Source of the DNA: a candidate division FCPU426 bacterium
GTDB lineage: Bacteria; Oederibacteriota; PGYV01; Palsa-1178
Assembly (NCBI GenBank): GCA_963840035.1
Contig: CAWIXE010000001.1
Location: 928,001-992,000 of the forward strand
Direction of reading: 5' to 3'
Length of the DNA stretch: 64,000 nt
A program made the position numbers and the translations under genes. Numbering within the stretch: the first letter of the stretch is position 1; each line of letters opens with the position of its first letter. The notes under the pieces were generated by a model. It was not told the DNA's origin. It did not search any database and saw nothing but the letters and a program-made list of their open reading frames with translations. Below are positions 9,734 through 18,666 of this stretch, piece by piece.

Positions 9734-10579
9734 CTAAATCCCCCGTTTTACGTAAACCTTCCCATACTTCGCCTGTCCTATCGCGATCAGTTTGTTTTCA
9801 TGTATGAGCTTTATAAATCCCGCTTTTGTGGATGTCATGTTGTCTATGGTCATGCCGTTTTTGACCTTCCCAAAATTCTCGTCTGATAAGACCATTTCCG
9901 GTATTGCGTATAGCGCTTCCCTCATGGAGACAAGGTTGCCTTCGAGCGTATCAAGGGAGGCTGTCATGTGGGACTGTTTTAATGTGAATTCGCCGATCTT
10001 GGTCCTGACTAAGGCTGAAAGATAAGCGGCGCTGCCGAGTTTTTCACCCATGTCGCGGGCAATAGACCTCATGTAGGTTCCCGAAGAACACGCCACCCTT
10101 AAGGTTGCCTTATCACCGGAGCATCCCATAATTTCTATTGAGTGCACAGTGACCTGCCTTGGCTCGGGATTAACTTCCTTGCCGGCGCGGGCCAGGTCGT
10201 ATAATTTCTGGCCGTCTTTTTTAATTGCGGAGAATTTTGGCGGGATCTGCGTGATTTCGCCGGTAAACTCCGGCAGCAGCCCTTTTATTTTTTCTTCAAG
10301 GTTTTCCGGGACAGGCGCTTCTTTTAATGTTTCGCCCTCGGCATCGTCAGTATTTGTCGACCTTCCAAAAGTTACTTCCATCTCATATTCTTTATTAGAA
10401 GGGAGGTAGTCGCTGATCTTAGTGGCTTTGCCTATCATTATCATAAGGAGGCCTGTGGCAAGGGGGTCTAAGGTACCGGAATGGCCGACTTTTTTAAGTT
10501 TGAACTTCCTTTTTACCTGCTCTATGGCACCGAATGATGTGGGGCCTTTTTCCTTATTAATAAGCAAAATTCCGTCCAT
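9734..10579 (-). CDS. truB: tRNA pseudouridine(55) synthase
   Basis: KVGHSGTLDPLATG, QIPPKFSAIK and CSSGTYMRS motifs. Confidence 0.96.
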   Translation of the reverse strand: MDGILLINKEKGPTSFGAIEQVKRKFKLKKVGHSGTLDPLATGLLMIMIGKATKISDYLPSNKEYEMEVTFGRSTNTDDAEGETLKEAPVPENLEEKIKGLLPEFTGEITQIPPKFSAIKKDGQKLYDLARAGKEVNPEPRQVTVHSIEIMGCSGDKATLRVACSSGTYMRSIARDMGEKLGSAAYLSALVRTKIGEFTLKQSHMTASLDTLEGNLVSMREALYAIPEMVLSDENFGKVKNGMTIDNMTSTKAGFIKLIHENKLIAIGQAKYGKVYVKRGI

Positions 10580-10595
10580 GATAACATTTTCCTCT

Positions 10596-10634
10596 CCCCT
10601 CTCCCTTCAAGGGAGAGGGCCAGGGTGAGGGTGA
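10596..10634. repeat. CCCTCTCCC..GGGAGAGGG palindromic repeat
   Basis: CCCTCTCCCTT-C-AAGGGAGAGGG-CCAGGGTGAGGG. Confidence 0.75.
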
Positions 10635-10710
10635 CGCCCTGACGCCAATAATATAAAAACGCATTCAAATATTATCCGATTTTAATGAATAAAGCAACCT
10701 CAATAAAAGC

Positions 10711-10800
10711 CTTCGTAGGGGCGAGCCGGTGGCTCGCCCGGATCTCAGGTATTGAACCACGGTCAACAGCCGGGCGAGCCACCGGCTCGCCCCTACGAAG
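10711..10800. repeat. REPIN-like doublet of inverted GTAG-type REPs
   Basis: CTTCGTAGGGGCGAGCCGGTGGCTCGCCCGG ... CCGGGCGAGCCACCGGCTCGCCCCTACGAAG (perfect inverted arms). Confidence 0.9.
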
Positions 10801-10827
10801 AACAGAACATTATTTATAAAAACACGC

Positions 10828-10856
10828 TTGACACATTAGTATACATAGTGTATACT
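10828..10856 (+). promoter_or_regulatory. Sigma70 promoter with overlapping palindromic operator
   Basis: TTGACA-17nt-TATACT; AGTATACA-TAG-TGTATACT palindrome at 10838-10856. Confidence 0.75.
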
Positions 10857-10895
10857 TTAACCATGAAAAGTATACGGCGGGGCTGAAACAAAAAC

Positions 10896-10945
10896 ATCCC
10901 CACCCTGGCCCTCCCCTTTAGTAAAAGGGGAGGGAAAATGTAGGT
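10896..10945. repeat. CCCCACCCT..CCCTCCCC..GGGGAGGG palindromic repeat
   Basis: Near-identical to 46318-46391, including the flank AAAATGTAGGT. Confidence 0.75.
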
Positions 10946-10968
10946 GGAACACTATTATAGGAGGGTTT

Positions 10969-11298
10969 ATGGAACAGACAATTGAAGTAAGGTCAGAGTA
11001 TTACGACGTGGAGTTTAAGGCCTTTACACAGACGGCGCTTGCGACATTTAACAGGTTAAAACCCGTATATTTCCTGCCTAAAAACAGGGCTGCAGAGGCC
11101 CCCCAGGAAACACTTTTTTCAAAGGCTATAAATGCAGGCGCTAAAAGGTATTGTATGGATATAAAGAGGGCAAAGGCAGGCACGTTATGCCTTACCATCT
11201 GCGAGACGACATCAGGCCTGAGGGAATCAAAAGAAACCCGCAGGATAGTGGTATTTGACAGCGCGGAAGAAGTAAGGGAAGAAAGGGCAGTGTCATAA
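10969..11298 (+). CDS. PUR/DUF3276-like nucleic-acid-binding protein
   Basis: LFSKAINAGAKRYCMDIKRAKAGTLCLTICE..RRIVVF resembles the bacterial PUR repeat beta-sheet; GGAGAGG RBS. Confidence 0.6.
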   Translation: MEQTIEVRSEYYDVEFKAFTQTALATFNRLKPVYFLPKNRAAEAPQETLFSKAINAGAKRYCMDIKRAKAGTLCLTICETTSGLRESKETRRIVVFDSAEEVREERAVS

Positions 11299-11537
11299 GG
11301 AAGAGGAAATGAGAGACAGGAGATAGGAGACAGGAAGCACGAATAAAGCATTTATAACAAACCGGAAGCCGGAAGAGAAGTTGGATAATTATATGAGGAA
11401 AAAGTGCCCCTTTTGCTTAATATAAAATAAACCCAAACCTCCGGCTCCGGTTTTTATGTTTAAATCAGGGGATTAACAGGGGATATGTGCTGTAACAAAT
11501 AATAGAGCAAATTTTATATAACTCGCAGTATTGCTGC

Positions 11538-11566
11538 TTGACTGACATAAAATTTTATGTCATAAT
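11538..11566 (+). promoter_or_regulatory. TA-operon promoter with palindromic operator
   Basis: TTGACT-17-CATAAT; perfect 20-bp palindrome TGACATAAAATTTTATGTCA (11543-11562) in the spacer. Confidence 0.8.
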
Positions 11567-11586
11567 TCAATGGGTGGAGGGGAGTA

Positions 11587-11928
11587 ATGCCGATATGGAG
11601 GGTGGTATATTTCCGGACTAAATCAGGGAATATTCCGGTACGTGAACTGATAGAATCCCAGGGTGCGGAAAAAGAAGCAAAGATTCTTGCTTATATAACG
11701 GAACTGGAACTAAAAGGCAACATGATTGACCGTTCTATAAGTAAAAAAATTACCAGAAATCTATTTGAGTTAAAAGTGTCGGATGTGAGGCTGTTGTACT
11801 ATTTTGGCGGGAAAGGGCATATAGTAATCGTGCTTGGAGTGGTGAAGAAAAGGCAGGACCCGGACAGCGGCGATATAAAACTTGCCGAGAAAAACAGGAA
11901 AGAATTCATGGGAAGGTTCAATATATAG
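11587..11928 (+). CDS. Type II toxin, RelE/HigB (Gp49-like) family
   Basis: WRVVYFRTKSGNIPVRELI..KKITRNLFELK..RLLYYF..VLGVVKK; toxin-first order with an HTH gene. Confidence 0.85.
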   Translation: MPIWRVVYFRTKSGNIPVRELIESQGAEKEAKILAYITELELKGNMIDRSISKKITRNLFELKVSDVRLLYYFGGKGHIVIVLGVVKKRQDPDSGDIKLAEKNRKEFMGRFNI

Positions 11929-11943
11929 GAGGAAGGTGCGAAG

Positions 11944-12279
11944 ATGAAGGCAAAAAGCAGGATAAAAGTAAAAAAACATGAAGTATTATCCGCGGGTGAT
12001 TTTTTCCGGGCCCATCTAAAAGAAAAACTTAAGGATAAGAAGTTTGCGGATGGTTATAAAAGGGAAAAGCGGCTTCTTGATGTCACCATAAAGCTTGCGG
12101 AACTGAGAAGAAAAAAACACATGTCACAGCGGGCGCTTGCTGTTAGGGCCAATGTGCCTCAGCAGGAGATATCAAATATTGAGCAGGGTAAAAGAAATAT
12201 CACTTTAAATACCCTTGAAAAAATAGCGGCAGGCCTGGACGCGGAAATAGACATAATAGTAAGGCCTCATGCGGTTTGA
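11944..12279 (+). CDS. XRE-family HTH antitoxin (HigA-like)
   Basis: LAELRRKKHMSQRALAVRANVPQQEISNIEQGKRNITLNTLEKIAAGL. Confidence 0.88.
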   Translation: MKAKSRIKVKKHEVLSAGDFFRAHLKEKLKDKKFADGYKREKRLLDVTIKLAELRRKKHMSQRALAVRANVPQQEISNIEQGKRNITLNTLEKIAAGLDAEIDIIVRPHAV

Positions 12280-12310
12280 TGAGCAGGATCCGACAGGGGG
12301 TATTGTATTG

Positions 12311-12430
12311 GTAGCCGCAACCTTCAGGCTGCGAAACGAGGGACCTGCCTTGCGCAGCATGCAGAGGTATTATCCTGATTTAATGCTTGTTTGCTGAAGC
12401 TCACAATGGCATCTTGAAGGCTGCGGCTGC
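12311..12430. repeat. REPIN-like element, GTAGCCGCAACCTTCAGG(C/T)TGCG family (degenerate copy with internal module)
   Basis: Homologous over its full length to 19698-19840. Confidence 0.85.
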
Positions 12431-12563
12431 CAATGTTTTAACACCCGGATTGCGTGAAAATCTAAAGTTTATTCCTTAACATTATCCTTACATCCAATTA
12501 ACTTGATTTTGCCCCTTTTCTGTATTACAATCATTGTATTATCTAAAAAACGAGGTGGGAAAT

Positions 12564-13883
12564 ATGACCAAAAAATTCATTTTATTTATTTCGGTTTTTG
12601 CTGTTATTGCCTTCGGCGCGGCGGTTTTTGCCGCTGAAAAGGCTGCTACTACAACGGCCGCCAAACCGGTATTTATCAAACTCAATGTGGAAGGGATAAT
12701 TGACGCGGCAATCGCGGATTATCTTATCCGCGGGGTTGAAGAGGCTGAAAAAACAGGCGCTGCGGGCGTGGTTGTGACCATGCAGACGCCGGGCGGGCTT
12801 GATAAATCCATGAGGAAGATATGCGAGAAGTTCCTGGCCGCGAAAGTGCCGGTAATATGCTATATCACGCCAAAAGGCTCCAGGGCGGCGTCCGCAGGGG
12901 TATTCATACTTATGGCGTCGCATGTGGCTGTAATGGCAGAGGGAACCAACATAGGCACGGCGCATCCCGTGGATTTCCAGGGCAACAGCGTTTCCGAGAA
13001 GATCACAAACGACGCGGTCGCGTACATAATCAACCTCGCCAGGATGAAAGGCAAAAATGTGAAATGGGCCGAGGACGCTGTATTAAAGAACGTGTCATCT
13101 TCAGAAATTGAAGCGCTCAAGATGAAAGTCATAGATTTTACCGCCACAGACATAACGGAACTCATGAAAAAACTGGATAAGAAAAAAGTAAAGGTTGCAG
13201 AAAAGGAAGTGGTTATAAATACCGAAGGTTATGAATTCAAAGACATACCGCTCTCCTCAAAACATAAATTCCTGCACGCGCTTTCCGACCCCAATATTGT
13301 TTATGTGCTTTTCCTCATAGGCATTTACGGGCTTATTTTTGAGCTTGCAAACGCCGGGACAGTTGTTCTTCCGGGCATAGTGGGCGCGATTGCCATAGTG
13401 CTCGCGTTTATGGGTTTTGACAGCCTGCCGATTAATATGGCCGGGACAATATTCATCGGATTGTCAGCGCTTCTTTTCTTCATGGATATGATGACCCCCA
13501 CACACGGGGCATTGACTTTCGGCGGCATAATATCACTCATCATAGGTTCCCTGCTGTTATTTCCAAACAGGGGTATGGGTGAAGAATGGGCGGTGTCTTA
13601 CGTGTTAATGGCGGTGATGATACTCATTACTATCGCGTTTTTTGTGCTTGTGGTTGCCCTGGTGGTAAAATCATACAGGAGCAAAGTAATAACCGGCATG
13701 CAGTCCGTGCTGGGGTTAAAGGGAATGGCGTCAACAGACGTGAACGCTGACGGCGGCGTGGTGAATGTGGGCGGTGAAGACTGGCAGGCCACATCGGATG
13801 AACCCATTGCCGCGCGCGACCTTGTCGAGGTGCTTGAAGTGAACGGTTTAAAGGTAAAAGTTAAAAAAATTCCAAGAAAATAG
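12564..13883 (+). CDS. nfeD: NfeD family membrane-bound serine protease (long form)
   Basis: TPGG, RAASAG and GTNIGTAHPV motifs; TM region; C-terminal OB domain; paired with an SPFH gene. Confidence 0.9.
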   Translation: MTKKFILFISVFAVIAFGAAVFAAEKAATTTAAKPVFIKLNVEGIIDAAIADYLIRGVEEAEKTGAAGVVVTMQTPGGLDKSMRKICEKFLAAKVPVICYITPKGSRAASAGVFILMASHVAVMAEGTNIGTAHPVDFQGNSVSEKITNDAVAYIINLARMKGKNVKWAEDAVLKNVSSSEIEALKMKVIDFTATDITELMKKLDKKKVKVAEKEVVINTEGYEFKDIPLSSKHKFLHALSDPNIVYVLFLIGIYGLIFELANAGTVVLPGIVGAIAIVLAFMGFDSLPINMAGTIFIGLSALLFFMDMMTPTHGALTFGGIISLIIGSLLLFPNRGMGEEWAVSYVLMAVMILITIAFFVLVVALVVKSYRSKVITGMQSVLGLKGMASTDVNADGGVVNVGGEDWQATSDEPIAARDLVEVLEVNGLKVKVKKIPRK

Positions 13884-13896
13884 GAGGGACAAAGAC

Positions 13897-14751
13897 ATGT
13901 GGGTAGGAATAATCATTGCAGTAGTCGTACTTGTAATTGTATTGCCGTCATTTATTAAGATCGTGCCGGAGTACCAGAGGTTGGTAGTTTTCAGGCTTGG
14001 ACGCTGTATCGGAGCGGTCGGGCCGGGGCTCATTATCCTCATACCTTTTGTTGATAAGCCGGTATGGGTGGATTTAAGGGAGTTGTTCCTTGAAATACCG
14101 GGGCAGACATGCATTACGAAAGATAACGCCCCGATATCCATCGACTTCCTCATTTACTGGAAGGTTGTGGAGCCGGTTAAGACAGTGGTGCAGGTAGGCA
14201 ACTTCGCGGGCGCTTCGCAGGGTATCGCGACAACCACGCTGCGCGCAATCGTCGGAGACATCCCGTTAGACGACGTTCTCGCAAAAAGGGAAGAGATTAA
14301 TTTAAGGCTCAGGACAAAAATGGACGAGGTAACCGAGCGCTGGGGCGTGAAGGTCACTTCGGTCGAGATAAGGGAAATCCTGCCGCCAAAAGAAATTCAG
14401 GATTCCATGAACAAACAGATGTCGGCTGAGCGTTCCAGAAGGGCGCTTGTAACGGAGGCTGAAGGCAAGAAATCAGCGTCAATCACCGTCGCCGAGGGAG
14501 ACAAGCAGTCCAAGATCCTCCAGGCAGAGGGCGAAAGGCAGTCGCAGATACTGCGCGCCGAAGGTTACGCCAAGGCTTTGGAGCAGATATTCGGGGCTGC
14601 CGGCAAGATAGACTCGAAGACCATGCTCATCCAGTACTTCGAAGCTTTAAAGGCGCTTGGAAACAGCGCGTCAACAAAGTTTGTCATACCCATGGAATTT
14701 ACTTCCATGATAGAGCCCATCATAAGCAAGGCAAAGGAATCCTTGAAGTGA
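13897..14751 (+). CDS. SPFH/stomatin-like (QmcA-type) protein
   Basis: VVFRLGR..GPGL, TTLRAIVG..LDDVL, WGVKVTSVEIREI and AERSRRA motifs. Confidence 0.93.
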   Translation: MWVGIIIAVVVLVIVLPSFIKIVPEYQRLVVFRLGRCIGAVGPGLIILIPFVDKPVWVDLRELFLEIPGQTCITKDNAPISIDFLIYWKVVEPVKTVVQVGNFAGASQGIATTTLRAIVGDIPLDDVLAKREEINLRLRTKMDEVTERWGVKVTSVEIREILPPKEIQDSMNKQMSAERSRRALVTEAEGKKSASITVAEGDKQSKILQAEGERQSQILRAEGYAKALEQIFGAAGKIDSKTMLIQYFEALKALGNSASTKFVIPMEFTSMIEPIISKAKESLK

Positions 14752-16001
14752 ACGCGGAAGTCTTAACTATCGGGACCGAGCTTTTGCTCGGCCAGATAAT
14801 AGATACAAACGCCTCCTACCTCGGCAAAAAACTTGCCGAGGTAGGGGTGAACTTATACTACAAGACCACGGTCGGCGACAACATAGGGCGGGTCAGGGAA
14901 GCCTTAACCGCGGCCATAAACAGGGCGGACCTGATTGTCATAACCGGCGGCTTAGGTCCCACGGTCGACGACATAACGCGCCAGGCAGTGGCTGAGTTCG
15001 CGGGATTAAAACTTACGCTCGACGAACCATCCCTTAAATTCATAGAAGACCGCTTCAAAACCCGCAATTATAAACTGACTGATAATAATAAACTGCAGGC
15101 ATATTTTCCTTCCGGCGCCGTCATACTTGAAAACAACAACGGCACCGCCCCCGGTTTTATACTCGAATACGAGTCAAAAATAATAGCCGCCATGCCCGGG
15201 GTGCCTTCGGAAATGTACCCCATGATGGAAAACAGCGTAATACCATACCTGTATAAAAAAATGGGCGGATCCCATCAGGTAATAAAATCGCTGTCGTTAA
15301 GGATAACGGGCATGGGCGAATCAAACGTGGATGATAAAATACAGGACCTTTTCAGGGAATCAACAAATCCCACCATCGGAGTATACGCGCATGCATTAGA
15401 GGTGGAAGTGCGGCTAACGGCCAAGGCAGAAACCCCGGAAAAAGCCGACGCGCTAATAAGCGGCTTAAAAGAAAAGGTGTACGGAAGGATCGGGGAGCAT
15501 ATTTACAGCGAGGGCGGGGAAACGCTGGAAGAACGCGTGGCTTCCATGCTTGTCGAAAAGAAATTGACCGTAGCGACAGCGGAGTCGTGTACGGCCGGGC
15601 TCGTGGCGCACAGGCTCACGAATGTCCCTGGTTCTTCGGCATATTATGTCGGCGGGGTTAACTCCTATTCCAATGAGGTTAAAACAGGGGTGCTCGGTGT
15701 TCCTGAAGAAATACTTAAAGCGCACGGGGCAGTCAGCCCTGAGTGCGCCGCGTCCATGGCGTCCCGCGCAAGGGAAGTTTTTAAGACATCCATAGGCATA
15801 TCCGTAACAGGCATAGCCGGGCCTGACGGCGGCACCGCGGAAAAACCAGTGGGGCTGATTTACATAGGATTAGACATGATGGGAAAGGTAAGAACATATA
15901 AGAATAATTTTCCGGGCAGCAGGGATATGGCGCGCGCGCGCTCGGCCCAGGCCGCCCTGTTTTTGTTGTATAAGGCGTTAAGAATGGGGAATAGGGAATG
16001 A
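14748..16001 (+). CDS. cinA: Competence/damage-inducible protein A (MocF-like domain plus NMN deamidase PncC domain)
   Basis: IGTELLLGQIIDTNA, TGGLGPTVDDITR, GTAPG, AESCTAG and TGIAGPDGG..KPVGL motifs. Confidence 0.93.
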   Translation: MNAEVLTIGTELLLGQIIDTNASYLGKKLAEVGVNLYYKTTVGDNIGRVREALTAAINRADLIVITGGLGPTVDDITRQAVAEFAGLKLTLDEPSLKFIEDRFKTRNYKLTDNNKLQAYFPSGAVILENNNGTAPGFILEYESKIIAAMPGVPSEMYPMMENSVIPYLYKKMGGSHQVIKSLSLRITGMGESNVDDKIQDLFRESTNPTIGVYAHALEVEVRLTAKAETPEKADALISGLKEKVYGRIGEHIYSEGGETLEERVASMLVEKKLTVATAESCTAGLVAHRLTNVPGSSAYYVGGVNSYSNEVKTGVLGVPEEILKAHGAVSPECAASMASRAREVFKTSIGISVTGIAGPDGGTAEKPVGLIYIGLDMMGKVRTYKNNFPGSRDMARARSAQAALFLLYKALRMGNRE

Positions 16002-17569
16002 TAAAAAAGAACCCTGGCTTGAAAGCTTATCATAGCCGGCTGGATGAGCCTCTTAAAGAGCGCATGAAGAAAAATTCCATTACCAACATACTTTTCTTTG
16101 TCCTGACATTTCCGCTGATGTTCATTTTAACGCCTATGATCCTTAAATACACGGGAAAAGAAGCGTACGGCATCTGGGCAATTACCGGGACCATACTTGT
16201 ATTCCTTGAATTCATAGGGCTGCAGACGCCCGCGGCTATCGGCATAGTAGTGCCGAAATGCGACCCGAAGAATGAACCCGGGGAGATAAACTCGCTTGCA
16301 AATACGCTTTTTGTCTTTTATATTGCGGCGGCCGCGCTCGCGCTTGCAATATTTTTTCCGTTTAAAGGGCAGATTATCAGCGCGTTCTTTAAGGTGACCC
16401 CTGAACTTGTGCCGCTGGCCGCCGCCGTATTGACCGTAAGCGTCGGTTTATACCTGCTGAATTTTGTCATCCTGAGCTTCGCGTATATACTAAACGGGCT
16501 TAACCTTTATTACCCCGGCAACATCGCGCATATTGTGGCGGGATACTTAAGGACGGGCCTGACCATCGCGGCACTGATGAAAGGCTATGGCATCATGGGC
16601 GTGGCGTCCATACAGCTGTGTTCGGTCATTGCCGAGACAGTGTTCCTTGTCATCTGGCTAAAGGTGGTTTTCCCGCCGCTGAAGTTCGACCCGTTCTTAT
16701 TCAGCATGAAGAAGCTCGGTACCCTGCTGCGCTTAAGCGTGAGGCTTATGTTCACAAGGCTCGCGTCAGCCATAAATTACAACATAGACAAACTGGCGCT
16801 GGGCTACTTTTTAAACCCGGTCGCGGTCGTTTACTACCAGCTCGGCTCCTCAATTTCAAAATACATAACAACAATACCGGACATGATAACTTCAGGATCG
16901 CTTATGCCGGCAGCGTCGGAATTAAGACACAAAAAACAGGACGACAAGATAAGGAACCTCTTCGGAAGGGTGAACAAGTATACCTTTGCCGCGGCCATAT
17001 TCATCGCGGCGGGCATCGCGGTTTTCGGCAGGGAGTTCATCACGCTGTGGCTCGGCCCGGGTTATGAGGACGCATATCTTGTCATGGTTGTGCTCGGGTT
17101 TGCATACACTTTCAGCCTGCTCGGAGTGCCGGCGTCACAGATACTAAACGGCCTGGAAAAGATAAACGCGCCTATGGTTGTATCATTTATTTCCGCCGGG
17201 CTGAATATAATACTCAGCGTGATACTGGCCAAGTTCTACGGATTAAAAGGCGCGCTAATCGGAACATCTATAGCGGTTTTCATAGGGACAATCCTTATGT
17301 TCGGTGTTTTTTATAAAACTACAGGAATAGGTTTAAACATCTGGCATGTCTTCATAAAGCCGGTCTTATCAGCGCTGTTTTCATTCGGCGCGGTATATTT
17401 TGCCTTTAAATACATGACATTACCCGCGGGCTGGACAGGGTTCCTTATCAAAACAGGTTTATTCACGGCCGTTTTTGGGTTGATCGACATTATAATATTT
17501 AAGCACCTGGATTGGTATGACATTGAGTTGTTAAAAGGGTATATGCCGGGCGTCAAGAAAAAGGCTTGA
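15998..17569 (+). CDS. Oligosaccharide/polysaccharide flippase (Wzx/MOP superfamily)
   Basis: About 14 hydrophobic segments; GKEAYGIW, NIDKLALGYFL..VVYY and FITLWLG motifs. Confidence 0.85.
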   Translation: MIKKNPGLKAYHSRLDEPLKERMKKNSITNILFFVLTFPLMFILTPMILKYTGKEAYGIWAITGTILVFLEFIGLQTPAAIGIVVPKCDPKNEPGEINSLANTLFVFYIAAAALALAIFFPFKGQIISAFFKVTPELVPLAAAVLTVSVGLYLLNFVILSFAYILNGLNLYYPGNIAHIVAGYLRTGLTIAALMKGYGIMGVASIQLCSVIAETVFLVIWLKVVFPPLKFDPFLFSMKKLGTLLRLSVRLMFTRLASAINYNIDKLALGYFLNPVAVVYYQLGSSISKYITTIPDMITSGSLMPAASELRHKKQDDKIRNLFGRVNKYTFAAAIFIAAGIAVFGREFITLWLGPGYEDAYLVMVVLGFAYTFSLLGVPASQILNGLEKINAPMVVSFISAGLNIILSVILAKFYGLKGALIGTSIAVFIGTILMFGVFYKTTGIGLNIWHVFIKPVLSALFSFGAVYFAFKYMTLPAGWTGFLIKTGLFTAVFGLIDIIIFKHLDWYDIELLKGYMPGVKKKA

Positions 17570-17623
17570 AACCGAAGTAAAAACTTGTATAATATTAAAA
17601 CCAATAACGAAAAAGTTGCTGGT

Positions 17624-17701
17624 GCGCTCGTAGCTCAGTTGGATTAGAGTATCTGGCTACGAACCAGAGGGTCACAGGTTCGAGTCCTGTCGAGCGCACC
17701 A
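17624..17701 (+). tRNA. tRNA-Arg(ACG)
   Basis: Acceptor GCGCTCG/CGAGCGC-A-CCA; anticodon arm TCTGG-CTACGAA-CCAGA; GTTCGAGTC T-loop; promoter TTGAAA..TATAAT at 17566-17593. Confidence 0.97.
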
Positions 17702-17714
17702 GCAATTTTCATTT

Positions 17715-17756
17715 ACAAACACAAAAGCCCGCTTACTTGCGGGCTTTTGTGTTTGT
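17715..17756. terminator. Terminator hairpin after tRNA-Arg
   Basis: ACAAACACAAAAGCCCGC-TTACTT-GCGGGCTTTTGTGTTTGT. Confidence 0.8.
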
Positions 17757-17776
17757 GGTTTTCTGATGTGTCTTTT

Positions 17777-18031
17777 GTAGGGGCCGCCCTATGTGGCGGC
17801 CCGCTGCCTTTGTCCTGTATTTTACCATGTAAAAATCAAACCCCAACGTTCAGGCCGACACCGGCTTTCGCCTTATCTTCAGCCGGCAAGCACAGACCGG
17901 CCCCCTACAGGGGATGTAAATATTTATAATGTTTGTAGAGACGCCACCATGAACCACGAGGGTTCATGGCACGGCCTGTGGGCGTCTCAAGGCAGGTCCT
18001 GCGCTGAGACGGGCACGGGTCCCGTCTCTAC
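17777..18031. repeat. Cluster of two GTAG...CTAC REP doublets; the second is related to the 119-bp array unit
   Basis: GTAGGGGCCGCC..GGCGGCCC ... CCCCCTAC; then GTAAATATTTA..GTAGAGACGCC..GGGCGTCTC..GAGACGGG..CCCGTCTCTAC. Confidence 0.85.
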
Positions 18032-18129
18032 AGCATAATTACGCACCGATTAGATACGGTCCTAAAGTTTTACCCTTGTTTTTGTCATCCTAAATGATAA
18101 AATATGAACATAATAACAAAGGGGAATAT

Positions 18130-18636
18130 ATGAAAAAAACCTCAGATTTAATCCTTGTTGTAGCAGATTATATGTTATTGACGGTATTTTTTGTTATCTG
18201 GATTATGTTTTTTAAATCTGATAATATGAATTCATTAAAATTATTCTATGCGGGATTGTTAGCTGCAATATTTTTTTCTAATTTCATATACCTGTTATTT
18301 TTGAAGGAAATTACAGCGGTCAATATTGCAAATATTCGTTCAATGATATTGTTTTGCGGTATGACATTATATGGTTTGTTAAAAGAAGTACTTTATAGAA
18401 TGTTCTCATATAATCTGTCATATATTGTGGTTTTGGCTTGTTGGGCAATAACGCTTGGTTTGGTTTTTCCATTGTTATACATAAAGTTTGGCCGCGATAA
18501 TTTTATGTGGTTGATGCGGCGAGATAAGGCCAAAGAAAAAGATGTAAGCAAGAAGGGAATTGCGGTAAGAGTCTCGGGCATTATTATTTTGTTAATCGTG
18601 ATATTTTATTTTTTTAATTATTTAGGGAAATTATAA
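18130..18636 (+). CDS. Hypothetical multi-pass membrane protein (AT-rich)
   Basis: About five hydrophobic segments; AAAGGGG RBS; visibly AT-richer than its neighbours. Confidence 0.7.
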   Translation: MKKTSDLILVVADYMLLTVFFVIWIMFFKSDNMNSLKLFYAGLLAAIFFSNFIYLLFLKEITAVNIANIRSMILFCGMTLYGLLKEVLYRMFSYNLSYIVVLACWAITLGLVFPLLYIKFGRDNFMWLMRRDKAKEKDVSKKGIAVRVSGIIILLIVIFYFFNYLGKL

Positions 18637-18666
18637 AAGAAAATATTTAATCAGGAGGTTTAAACC

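Noticed and set aside
11587..12279. Prophage or genomic island around the TA pair
   Set aside because: No integrase, phage genes or att duplications nearby.
17747..18038. Small ORFs in REP clusters (also 19536-19850, 19679-20020, 33298-33546, 53611-53985, 61532-61720)
   Set aside because: Translations of palindromic or tandem repeats; no RBS or family signal.
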